A stretch of 32,000 nucleotides of DNA. Source: Candidatus Kuenenia stuttgartensis (GTDB lineage Bacteria > Planctomycetota > Brocadiia > Brocadiales > Brocadiaceae). Of this stretch, positions 8,180 to 16,295 are shown piece after piece (the stretch's first letter is position 1; each line of letters starts with the position of its first letter). The notes beneath the pieces are model-generated. The model saw only the letters and a program-made list of their open reading frames with translations. It did no database searches and was not told the origin of the DNA. The DNA lies in the NCBI RefSeq assembly GCF_900232105.1, contig NZ_LT934425.1:3840001-3872000 (forward strand), in the 5' to 3' direction. Position numbers and translations under genes: made by a program.

Positions 8180-9606
8180 TTATTTATACCTGTTAACCGC
8201 ACAACATCTTCCAAACAGTCTTTCGTTCTCTTAAATGTCTCTTCGTGTATCTGTTTTTCAAAAATAAGTGAATCTAATAATCGAAAGGATTCACGAGCTA
8301 CGGTCGTTGCGTCCTCAGAGAGTTTGTTTTGTCCGTTATTTTCAAAAAAACGGGAAGTTGTCAACGATTGTGCGAGTTCGTTTGAGATACCGGTAAAAGT
8401 GCCCAAATATGTCCTTAATGCTTTGCTGGCTAATTGAGCGTTTTCTTTATTTAGTGCGTCGTTGTCAGTGTATTCAAGTTTTAACATAACAGCTTTTAAT
8501 TTTTCTAAGGCAATATGAGGGGTGATAGTGGTGGTTATTGGCTTTTTCTCAGCTTGTTTTTGCATGGATGCCCTTATGGTAAGCATACCAAACAGAAGCA
8601 ACAAAAGAATTCCTCCGCCAAAGGGCATGTATCCATAGAAAAAAACATGCTCTTTTGAATAAGGCACCGGGCCTTTTAATCCTTCCAGCGGGACATCAAC
8701 CGATTTAAGGAGTGTGTTGATAAGAATAGGAATTGGTGTAGTATGGGCTTCTTTTGTAACGATAGAAGAATCGTTGCCTCTGATTGCCGCGCTTTGTGAA
8801 TCCGGTTCCTTGTAATACAATACAGATATTCCCGGGATTTCAGGATTCCGCTCTTTCCCCCCCAGTTCATATATTGCGAGGGTATAATCTATAACGGTTT
8901 TTGTCAATTCCCCTTCGGTTTGTGTCGAGGACTCTTTTTTTAATACTTCAAAAGGGGGGAACTGTATTTTATCCATGGTATCCCACAGGAGTTTTATATC
9001 ATTTTCATATCTGATGGTTAGTGTATAGTGAATGCGGTCGCCGATACATATAACATCCTTGTCGATTTTCCCTTCAACGAGGATGGGTGTTCTTTTTACC
9101 GCGATAGGGGCGGAACTGGCAGCCCCTTCCTTAGAATCAACGGTATTAATATAGGAAAGCTTGAAGGAGGGTATTGAGTATATACCCTCCTTAATATTTG
9201 GCGGCAGTGAAAGTGCGTAAGTAACAACCGCAAAATCATGCATGTTATCAAATATCTGGCGTTCACTGATGATTATTCCCTCTATCACAAATGGGCTAAG
9301 GTCAACATTGGCAAGACTCTCCAGATCTACGGTTATACCCAGCATCCATAACACCTGTACGGTGAGATGTAACGTTTTTCCGGGAATGATCCGGTAATCA
9401 TCGATAAAAGTCCATATTTCAAGCGGCCTGTCTGTAAGCAGAAACTCTTTTTTTAATGCTGACTCCGACTCCGACTCCGACTCTGATTTTGCTGTTGCGG
9501 CAATGGACGTTTCATTTTCCTGTGTTTCCTGGCCATGTACCGGGGTAAAACAATATCCCCACGAAAACATGCCAATGAATGTAAATAAAGCAAAAAGATG
9601 TCTCAT
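8176..9606 (-). CDS. BatD-like exported protein with a late TM helix and cytoplasmic tail
   Basis: 476 aa with a signal-like N-terminus (MRHLFALFTFIGMFSWGYC), an SESESESE tract, and a TM segment (GGGILLLLLFGMLTI) near residue 330. Its position and architecture match BatD of Bat operons. The family assignment is by context only. Confidence 0.55.
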   Translation of the reverse strand: MRHLFALFTFIGMFSWGYCFTPVHGQETQENETSIAATAKSESESESESALKKEFLLTDRPLEIWTFIDDYRIIPGKTLHLTVQVLWMLGITVDLESLANVDLSPFVIEGIIISERQIFDNMHDFAVVTYALSLPPNIKEGIYSIPSFKLSYINTVDSKEGAASSAPIAVKRTPILVEGKIDKDVICIGDRIHYTLTIRYENDIKLLWDTMDKIQFPPFEVLKKESSTQTEGELTKTVIDYTLAIYELGGKERNPEIPGISVLYYKEPDSQSAAIRGNDSSIVTKEAHTTPIPILINTLLKSVDVPLEGLKGPVPYSKEHVFFYGYMPFGGGILLLLLFGMLTIRASMQKQAEKKPITTTITPHIALEKLKAVMLKLEYTDNDALNKENAQLASKALRTYLGTFTGISNELAQSLTTSRFFENNGQNKLSEDATTVARESFRLLDSLIFEKQIHEETFKRTKDCLEDVVRLTGINK

Positions 9607-10460
9607 TTTTTAATTCTCCCTCCTCTACGGATGCGTTTGTCAAAAAACTCTGATATTTTTTTTATCCATATACCTTCATCTTCATCTGTCTGTATCGTTA
9701 TACCGCTTATGGTTAATTTTCTCAGTAAGGCATAAAAAGGTGCAGGCACATTAAGAGCCTCTGTAGTGCTTATTGTTTTATTGCAATGGGTTTCAACATC
9801 ACGAATCGTTAGATATCCCCTCGCTTTTGGGATGCAGGACTCTCTTTTATCGGAAACAATAACAGGAATAACCTCATGCCGGTAGGAGAGTGTCTTTAGT
9901 GAACGTTCGTAATTATGTGGGGCGAAAAAATCGGATAGGATAAAAATGAGAGAAGGAGACTGCACTTTTTTATGTAAAAAAGTCAATGCGGCGTTAATGT
10001 CAGTAAAATGAGAGGACGGTTCATCCGTTAAAACCTTTTTCATATTCTTAAAAGCTTCATTTTCGCCCGTTTTAGGCGGTATGTATTGCTCAACTCTATC
10101 GGTAAATGCGAGAAAACCAATTTCATTGCCCGTTTCTGATGCCGCATAAACAAGGAGAGAAAGCAATTTAGCTACAATATCTTCTTTTGTATGATAAAAA
10201 GAGCCAAATTTTTCAGAACGGCTCTTGTCGATAATGAAAAAAATAGTCGCACGTTTATCCACTAATTTCAGACGTACGTGTAAACGGCCTATTCGGGAAG
10301 TGGTTTTCCAGTCAACAGACCTTAAATCATCGCCGGTCTGATATTGCCGAAGCTCATCCAGTTCCAGACCGTGCGTTGAGTTTATATAGCTGGCGAATGA
10401 TCCGCCAAAGAGATTACCTATTAACCGCTGTAAATAAAGGCGTACACGTTTTTTTTTCAA
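9603..10460 (-). CDS. DUF58-family protein (MoxR partner)
   Basis: 285 aa with the motif ELDELRQYQTGDDLRSVDWKTTSRIGRLHVR typical of DUF58. It overlaps the next gene by 4 nt. Confidence 0.85.
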   Translation of the reverse strand: MKKKRVRLYLQRLIGNLFGGSFASYINSTHGLELDELRQYQTGDDLRSVDWKTTSRIGRLHVRLKLVDKRATIFFIIDKSRSEKFGSFYHTKEDIVAKLLSLLVYAASETGNEIGFLAFTDRVEQYIPPKTGENEAFKNMKKVLTDEPSSHFTDINAALTFLHKKVQSPSLIFILSDFFAPHNYERSLKTLSYRHEVIPVIVSDKRESCIPKARGYLTIRDVETHCNKTISTTEALNVPAPFYALLRKLTISGITIQTDEDEGIWIKKISEFFDKRIRRGGRIKK

Positions 10461-10465
10461 TGAAT

Positions 10466-11458
10466 TTATTCCAGAATAGGAACCCGGTGAAGAATTTTTG
10501 TGATAATATCATCTGAATCGTAGCCTTCCACCTCCGCCTCATGCGTAAGGATGATTCTGTGCCGCAAAACGGGATAGGCCATTTTCTGAACATGCTCAGG
10601 CAGAATCGTATCGTCTCCCTGGATATAAGCATAAACACGCGATGCCTTTGTGAGTGCAATAGTTGCTCTGGGTGAGGCGCCGTACATGACAAGGTCTTCC
10701 AGTATGCCGTCATTTTCTTCCGGCCTTGTTGCCCTTACAAGCCGTGCGATGTATTGTATTATAGAGGGCGCATCATTTGGCGGTAGCCATTCTGCTATAG
10801 TAGTTCTCAATGCAAGTATTTCCTCAGGTTTAAAAATAACCGCGAGTGGAGTTTCTGTGCCAGAGGCATGTTTTTCTGTTATCTCTATTTCATCATTATA
10901 AGAAGGGTATCTGATTTTTATTTTGAACATAAAACGGTCTATTTCTGCTTCCGGCAATAAATAGGTACCTGATATTTCGATGGGATTTTGAGTCGCAAGC
11001 ACCAGGAATAATTTTTCCAGGTGATGGGTTTCCCTGCCGATGGTTACCTGTTTTTCCTGCATAGCTTCTAATAAGGCGCTTTGTACTTTTGCCGGTGCGC
11101 GGTTAATCTCGTCTGCAAGAAGAATGTTTGTAAAAACAGGGCCTTTTTGAATCCTGCTTTTTTTCGTTTCAGGGAGCCACATTTCAAATCCGGTAATATC
11201 GGCGGGAATAAGGTCCGGCGTGAATTGTACCCGATGGAATTTTGCATCGAGTATGCTTGCTACGGTTTTTACCGTCATTGTTTTTCCAAGTCCAGGATAA
11301 CCTTCCAGTAAGATATGCCCATCTGACAGTAGGGCGATTATAATTGTTTCGATCATTTCTTCCTGTCCTACAATGACCTTTCCGATCTCTTGTTTTATTT
11401 TTTCCACCTTCTCTTTAATCGGGCATCTGTTATTTTTTGTTTTTGTTTGAGCTTTCAC
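10466..11458 (-). CDS. MoxR-family AAA+ ATPase
   Basis: 330 aa (GTG start) with Walker A GYPGLGKT and Walker B/sensor LLADEINRAPAKVQSALLEAMQE. Confidence 0.9.
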   Translation of the reverse strand: MKAQTKTKNNRCPIKEKVEKIKQEIGKVIVGQEEMIETIIIALLSDGHILLEGYPGLGKTMTVKTVASILDAKFHRVQFTPDLIPADITGFEMWLPETKKSRIQKGPVFTNILLADEINRAPAKVQSALLEAMQEKQVTIGRETHHLEKLFLVLATQNPIEISGTYLLPEAEIDRFMFKIKIRYPSYNDEIEITEKHASGTETPLAVIFKPEEILALRTTIAEWLPPNDAPSIIQYIARLVRATRPEENDGILEDLVMYGASPRATIALTKASRVYAYIQGDDTILPEHVQKMAYPVLRHRIILTHEAEVEGYDSDDIITKILHRVPILE

Positions 11459-11665
11459 CGTATTTAAATTCCTTCCTTTTGGAGAAACTGCTTTGAGTAA
11501 TGCTAAATAATTTAGTATTATTGCATTAATTGCTAAGGTGAGTGTATGTTTCTTCGAAGATTATATAAATTCTCTTACTTATTTACAAATAATAATTTTA
11601 GTGTATAAAAGCAGTCTAATCATGACGGTAATTACTGCCAACAATATAAGGGCGCAAAAAAATTA

Positions 11666-11694
11666 TTGACAGTCAATTTTAAAAGATGTATATA
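11666..11694 (+). promoter_or_regulatory. Candidate sigma70-type promoter for the 11801 gene
   Basis: TTGACA (11666-11671), 17-nt spacer, TATATA (11689-11694). Confidence 0.4.
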
Positions 11695-11800
11695 TTCGAC
11701 ACTTTATGGCACTTTACGTAATCTCTTCATATTAATATTTACTGTATAATAAATGTTTATTGTTAGTTTAATTAACCTATTCTAGTGAAAGGGGTTTGGG

Positions 11801-13540
11801 ATGTCGTTTTCAAAACCAAATGCGTCGGCAGCAACTCGTACAAAAAATAGAACACCTAATGACAGGAATGCTTCCAGCGGGATGTGTTCTGTTTGTGTAG
11901 ATGATTGTCCTGGTATTTGCGAAATAGGAAAATCAGCATTTCGATCTGTTGAAAATTTGTATCCACAGCCATTTGGGGTCATTACAGCAGGTGCGGACAA
12001 GGAATATCCTGTAGATTTTAGTCACTTAAACATAATGGGAACTGCGGTTGGCGCTGTTGGTATTGCCCCTGATAGCGATAAGGCTATTTTTGATAATGTT
12101 AATACAGAAACAAGGCTTGGCAAGGATAAGGGCATTAAGTTGAAGATGCCGATAATGATTCCCGGACTCGGTTCAACAAAAGTTGCAAAGACGCATTGGG
12201 ATGGTTTAGCGATAGGTTCAGCGATTTCAGGAACTGCACTAACGATAGGTGAAAACGTAGGCGGCATGGATGAACAATCCAAAATATCAAATGGCAAAAT
12301 AACCCATTGTCCCGATCTTGAATACAGGGTGAAAACCTACCAGAGTTGGCAGCAAGACGGTTATGGTTTGATAGTAATGCAGGAAAATGTTGAAGACAGC
12401 CGGTTAGGCATACTGGAATATGGGGTTGAAAAATTAGGCGTTCAGGCGGTGGAAATGAAGTGGGGGCAGGGTGCAAAGGACATTGGCGGCGAGGTTAAGA
12501 TTAATAATCTGGAAAAGGCGAAGATGTTGCGCGACCGCGGGTATATCGTATTGCCTGACCCGTATGACAAAGAAGTTACCGGTAGTTTTGGAAAGTCATT
12601 CAAGGAATTTGAACGGCACTCCAGAGTTGGAATGGTGAATGAAGACGATTTTGTAAAAAGGGTAAAGGCATTAAGGAATGCCGGTGCAAAATATGTATTT
12701 TTGAAAACAGGCGCATATCGTCCTGCAGATCTGGCAAGGGCGGTTTGGTATTGTTCCATTGCAGGAGTTGATGTTTTAACCGTTGACGGGGCAGGCGGCG
12801 GCACCGGCATGAGTCCGTGGCACATGATGAACGAGTGGGGTGTTCCGACGTTATACATTTCCGCCCTTACATATAATTATGTGCATCAACTGGCATCAAA
12901 GGGGCATTATGTACCTGATATAATCCTTGCGGGTGGGTTTGCGTTTGAGGACGACATTTTCAAGGCATTTGCACTTGGTGCGCCATATGTGAAAGCAGTC
13001 GGCATGGCGCGTTCACCTCTTTGTGCATCGCATGTAGGTACAGTGGTAGCCAACCAGATAAAAGAGGGTAAAATTGATAAATTCATTGCTGACTATGGCA
13101 GTAATGTAGAAGAGATATTTGTGTTGGCTTCAAAGGTTAAAAGATTATTTGGTACTGGTAAGAAAGAAGTCCCGCCAAATGCTTTAGGGCTGTATTCTTA
13201 TTATCAACGTTTATCACAGGGATTACGTCAGTTAATGTGCGGATCCAGGAAGTTTGCCCTGGAATATATCACAAGGGACGACATCGTTACCCTGACGCGT
13301 GACGCCGCTGATGTTACAGGGATCACCTATATCATGGATGCCGATAAAGCGGAAGCGCAGAAAATTCTTTCAGGAAAAGGATCAAAATCCAAGACGAAAC
13401 CAGTTGCAAAAGCGAAAACCGTTACTAAGGAAAAAGCCGTAAAAAAAGCAGCACCATCAAAAACAAAACCCGCAGCAAAAGCAGCGAGTGCCGTAATGCC
13501 TAAAGCAAAGACAGCGGTAAAGAAAAAAGGGGGGAAATAA
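11801..13540 (+). CDS. Glutamate synthase domain-2-like FMN protein (GltB-related family) with N-terminal Cys cluster and C-terminal Lys/Ala/Pro-rich tail
   Basis: 579 aa with CSVCVDDCPGIC near the N-terminus and TIM-barrel FMN-family blocks (WGQGAKDIGGEV, VLTVDGAGGGTGMSP, ILAGGF). The last 56 aa contain 19 lysines (SGKGSKSKTKPVAKAKTVTKEKAVKKAAPSKTKPAAKAA...KKKGGK). Confidence 0.75.
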   Translation: MSFSKPNASAATRTKNRTPNDRNASSGMCSVCVDDCPGICEIGKSAFRSVENLYPQPFGVITAGADKEYPVDFSHLNIMGTAVGAVGIAPDSDKAIFDNVNTETRLGKDKGIKLKMPIMIPGLGSTKVAKTHWDGLAIGSAISGTALTIGENVGGMDEQSKISNGKITHCPDLEYRVKTYQSWQQDGYGLIVMQENVEDSRLGILEYGVEKLGVQAVEMKWGQGAKDIGGEVKINNLEKAKMLRDRGYIVLPDPYDKEVTGSFGKSFKEFERHSRVGMVNEDDFVKRVKALRNAGAKYVFLKTGAYRPADLARAVWYCSIAGVDVLTVDGAGGGTGMSPWHMMNEWGVPTLYISALTYNYVHQLASKGHYVPDIILAGGFAFEDDIFKAFALGAPYVKAVGMARSPLCASHVGTVVANQIKEGKIDKFIADYGSNVEEIFVLASKVKRLFGTGKKEVPPNALGLYSYYQRLSQGLRQLMCGSRKFALEYITRDDIVTLTRDAADVTGITYIMDADKAEAQKILSGKGSKSKTKPVAKAKTVTKEKAVKKAAPSKTKPAAKAASAVMPKAKTAVKKKGGK

Positions 13541-13640
13541 CCAGGTCTTTGATGGAATATTGCAATGGTTTTGTAATATAAGCAAAACAGAGCAGTCAAA
13601 AAACATCCTTATAATAACGATAAAACAGTCATTTATAAAT

Positions 13641-13685
13641 AAAAGGGTTTTTCAGTTTTTTCAGACAACTGAAAAACCCTTTTTG
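13641..13685. terminator. Strong bidirectional intrinsic terminator
   Basis: AAAAGGGTTTTTCAG-(13 nt)-CTGAAAAACCCTTTTT forms a 15-bp stem flanked by A-run and T-run, 100 bp after the 13540 stop. Confidence 0.75.
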
Positions 13686-13971
13686 AGTATAGTCAAATAA
13701 ATCTATTTTTCTAAAGACATTACAAGCAGGGAGGTGAAACATTTGTTTGTTTACCGTATAACTCATTCAACAGACCGAAGTTGGCACATGTACAGTATTT
13801 TACGTCTCTTCTTATATGCAGGCAAATACTTCGCCCCTGCTTTTTAAAAAGCCAAATTACCGCTAAATTTTTAAAATCAGATTTGGCTGACTATAGATAA
13901 GTATGGATTTATTATATATATAAGCAAGTTATGCCCAATTGTAAAACTACGACTACTAAAAACAAACCACA

Positions 13972-14214
13972 ATGACCATTACAGGACAAATAAAAAAAAT
14001 CACTCTTGAAATTTTAGCGAGCCGGCCAGACGGAATAAGACATTCTGAATTGGGTAGAGCCACACGGACAAACAATCCTTCGTTCAAACCCAACACAATT
14101 AACGGAGCGACTTGGGACCTGGACGCAACTTACCCGAAAGAAATTTACAAACCAGACAGAGGCGTTTTCCGCCTAATAAAATTTATTTCATTTTGTTACA
14201 AATCTATCCAATGA
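13972..14214 (+). CDS. Small hypothetical protein, possibly winged-helix
   Basis: 80-aa ORF (..ILEILASRPDGIRHSELGRAT.. resembles a wHTH recognition region). There is no SD sequence. Its 3' end overlaps the convergent antitoxin gene by 27 bp. Confidence 0.35.
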   Translation: MTITGQIKKITLEILASRPDGIRHSELGRATRTNNPSFKPNTINGATWDLDATYPKEIYKPDRGVFRLIKFISFCYKSIQ

Positions 14215-14481
14215 AACTAATACATCTGAAGCGTCAAGGTTTCCCTTTATTCCTAAGTCCAAAAAAAGATTCATTGTTTCAATCTGGCTCAAATTAAGTA
14301 ATCGAGCAGCTTCCCTCAGTGTTATCTTGCCTTGCTTATAAAGATTTCCTGTATACGTCTCAAAACCTATTCTTATAAGCTTTCTCCTCGCAGTGGATTC
14401 CTCTATCCTCTCTTCTTTTTCAACAAGCTCAATAGCATCCATCATATCTTTAGGTATCCTTATGGATTTTGTTTTCATCAT
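14188..14481 (-). CDS. UPF0175-family antitoxin-like protein
   Basis: ..LYKQGKITLREAARLLNLSQIETMNLFLDLGI.. matches the conserved UPF0175 core. I prefer ATG 14481 (GGAG 4 nt upstream) over the TTG at 14490 used in the ORF track. Confidence 0.65.
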   Translation of the reverse strand: MMKTKSIRIPKDMMDAIELVEKEERIEESTARRKLIRIGFETYTGNLYKQGKITLREAARLLNLSQIETMNLFLDLGIKGNLDASDVLVSLDRFVTK

Positions 14482-14944
14482 TTTCTCCAATTTTTTAATA
14501 TTGCCTTTATGGCATTATATTCTTCATTGCTAACAAACGATGATAAACAATCCAATTTATTTTGTGCCTCTTTTATTGTTAATGTGTCTTTTTTCAACAA
14601 TAAAGCAATAAAAACCGCAGGGGTTATGTATGGGATATCAAGAAACGTAATCTCTTAATAAACCTTTTATCATCGCTACATATTGCTTCGTATCCTCCTT
14701 GTTGAAATATTGAAAAAATCGCATCTTCACCCTTTTTAGAGGACAAAGTCATAGTATTTAATTTTATCAGCTTATTTTCTATGTTTTCTTTAATAATTAA
14801 AGCATCAATATGTTCCTGGGGATTATAAATAATTTCTTCTTTAACCAGTTGTGGTATTGTAACTGCAAAGTTCTTACATACAACTTCTTTTAATTTTGAT
14901 TTAGTTAATTTAATAAGGCAATCGGCATCCATTAATAGTTTCAT
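14478..14944 (-). pseudogene. PIN-domain toxin (DUF3368-like), disrupted by one frameshift near 14640-14655
   Basis: The ORF 14944-14624 (MKLLMDADCLIKL...CSDDKRFIKRLRFLISHT*) stops early. A shifted frame continues FLDIPYITPAVFIALLLKKDTLTIKEAQNKLDCLSSFVSNEEYNAIKAILKNWRK* with no stops. It ends at TGA 14480-14478, overlapping the antitoxin ATG (ATGA). Confidence 0.65.
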
Positions 14945-15013
14945 GTGCTACATTGTAATAATTATATTGCATACTGTCAAATTATGTTATGCGCACGGCC
15001 GTACGTCTCTACA

Positions 15014-15052
15014 GGAGGGGATTGAGGGGTGGGTAAAAATGAATGCTGTTGG
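15014..15052. repeat. Half copy (right arm) of the CCCACCCCTCAA palindromic repeat family
   Basis: GGAGGGGATTGAGGGGTGGGTAAAAATGAATGCTGTTGG compares with 7093-7131 GGAGGGGTTTGGGGCGGGTAAAAATGAATGCCGTTGG. Confidence 0.8.
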
Positions 15053-15059
15053 GTTTGTG

Positions 15060-15335
15060 GTAACATTTTAGTCTTTTGAAAAACGTATTACCTATAAGCT
15101 CCGTAGGAGCAGCCTGTTTGTAGCAAAATAGGATATTATAACAGATATTAGCTCCGTTAGGAGCGACCTGTCTCTTGTAAATCCATATTAAACAGGTCTG
15201 CCTGAATATGGACAGGCCGCTCCTACGGAGCTATTTACCTTATTGAATTTTATTGCGCTACAAACAGACCGCCCCTGACGGGGCTACATGGTATTTTTCC
15301 TATCCCGGGAATTTTTCAAAAAACTAAAGTGTTAC
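15060..15335. mobile_element. 276-bp MITE-like non-autonomous element with 24-bp terminal inverted repeats related to the IS630-like end
   Basis: The left end GTAACATTTTAGTCTTTTGAAAAA matches the reverse complement of the right end GTAACACTTTAGTTTTTTGAAAAA at 22/24. It is flanked by the direct repeat GGTTTGTG (15052-15059 and 15336-15343). The interior is two nested inverted repeat pairs (AGCTCCGTAGGAGC.../...GCTCCTACGGAGCT) and has no ORF. Confidence 0.7.
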
Positions 15336-15471
15336 GGTTTGTGTCTTTTATAACCAGAAACCTGTTTGAAGCCTGTCTGCGTGCGGCATGCACAGGCAGG
15401 CCAACGATTTCTCAAACAACTATTCATGATAATCAGTAAAACACTGAAAGTATAATACGGCATAATTTAAT

Positions 15472-15500
15472 TTGACAATGTCGTCCCTCAAAAGTATAAT
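15472..15500 (+). promoter_or_regulatory. Consensus sigma70-type promoter upstream of riboswitch 1
   Basis: TTGACA (15472-15477), exactly 17 nt, TATAAT (15495-15500). It lies ~50 nt before the riboswitch P1. Confidence 0.55.
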
Positions 15501-15548
15501 CCCACCGAAATGAAATAAGACGTGTTCTTTTTTATAAATAATTGTTTG

Positions 15549-15736
15549 GTTGCAGGTATTCTTAACAAGCTGCTTGTTAAGAATAAAAGGGAATCCACGC
15601 CTCATTTAGTTGAGGATTGGAGCGGACCCGCCGCTGTAACCGGGGACGAACATCATGAAAAGCCACTGGAAAGCCGCAGCTTTCCGGGAAGGTGTGATTA
15701 GTAGAATGATCCGGGAGCCAGAAGACCTGCCTGCAA
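15549..15736 (+). promoter_or_regulatory. Cobalamin riboswitch, copy 1
   Basis: P1 is TTGCAGG...CCTGCAA. Conserved blocks are AAAAGGGAATCC, GCCGCTGTAACCGGGGACGAA, GCCACTGG, GGGAAGGTG, and the B12-box GAGCCAGAAGACCTGCC. Confidence 0.85.
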
Positions 15737-15845
15737 TCGCTTCACGATGTCTTCGATGGTAAAGAGGGTGAAGGGTATATATATAATATCAATGCTTGTA
15801 TTGTATGGGCAGGTTTCAAAACCCGCTCGTACCGATAAAAATAGA

Positions 15846-15883
15846 AAACCCATATCTTCCGTATCGAGGATATGGGTTTTTTT
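15846..15883 (+). terminator. Intrinsic terminator following riboswitch 1
   Basis: AAACCCATATCTTC-cgtatc-GAGGATATGGG is followed by TTTTTTT. Confidence 0.7.
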
Positions 15884-15966
15884 GTTATTGTTTAAGCATC
15901 AGGAATTCATTCTCTTTGTAAGGAGTGTATATGTAGTTAATTGTTTAATGAAAAAATAAATTACCC

Positions 15967-16189
15967 ATTACAGGTGTCCCAATATACCCATTGGGACGAA
16001 AAGGGAATCCCAACTCCAACTCATTGTGTCAGAAATGAGGAGTAAAGGGAACGGTACCGCCGCTGTATCCGGTGACGAACGTTGCAAATGCCACTGGTGA
16101 ACCGCTTCATTAGTTTATACCAATGAGACGGCTTTCCGGGAAGGCGCAATAAGTAGGACGACCCGCTAGTCAGAAGACCTGCCTGTAAT
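15967..16189 (+). promoter_or_regulatory. Cobalamin riboswitch, copy 2 (tandem to copy 1)
   Basis: P1 is ATTACAGG...CCTGTAAT. Conserved blocks are AAAAGGGAATCC, GCCGCTGTATCCGGTGACGAA, GCCACTGG, GGGAAGGCG, and the B12-box AGTCAGAAGACCTGCC. Confidence 0.85.
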
Positions 16190-16256
16190 GTTTTGCCGAA
16201 AACTTCTTCGTCGTAAAGGAGGTGAAGTGTGACGTATGTACTTTAAAGCCCGTCTC

Positions 16257-16295
16257 TTCCCTGTACGAAGAAACGGGCTTTTTTGTTTTAATCGC
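16257..16295 (+). terminator. Intrinsic terminator following riboswitch 2
   Basis: AAGCCCGTCTCTTC-cctgtac-GAAGAAACGGGCTTTTTT. Confidence 0.7.

Noticed and set aside
5305-11458. MoxR AAA+ and VWA proteins as the missing CobS/CobT-like partners of the CobN-like protein
   Set aside because: The idea is tempting because CobS is MoxR-like and CobT/ChlD carry VWA domains. However, these genes form a canonical Bat-type operon with DUF58, TPR and BatD-like genes. They are on the opposite strand, about 9 kb away, with unrelated genes and mobile elements in between. Nothing in the sequence links them.
12022-12858. Minus-strand ORFs (91, 113, 138 aa) inside the glutamate-synthase-like gene; similarly 21807-23956 and 24375-24852 inside the CobN-like gene, and 18517-19718 inside btuB
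   Set aside because: They are antisense to long, clearly homologous coding regions. Their composition is low-complexity and they resemble no family.
15747-15959. 70-aa ORF directly after riboswitch 1, a candidate riboswitch-regulated gene
   Set aside because: It runs straight through a dispersed repeat (GGGCAGGTTTCAAAACCCGC) and the intrinsic terminator at 15846-15883. It has no family resemblance and no convincing RBS beyond the leader stub.
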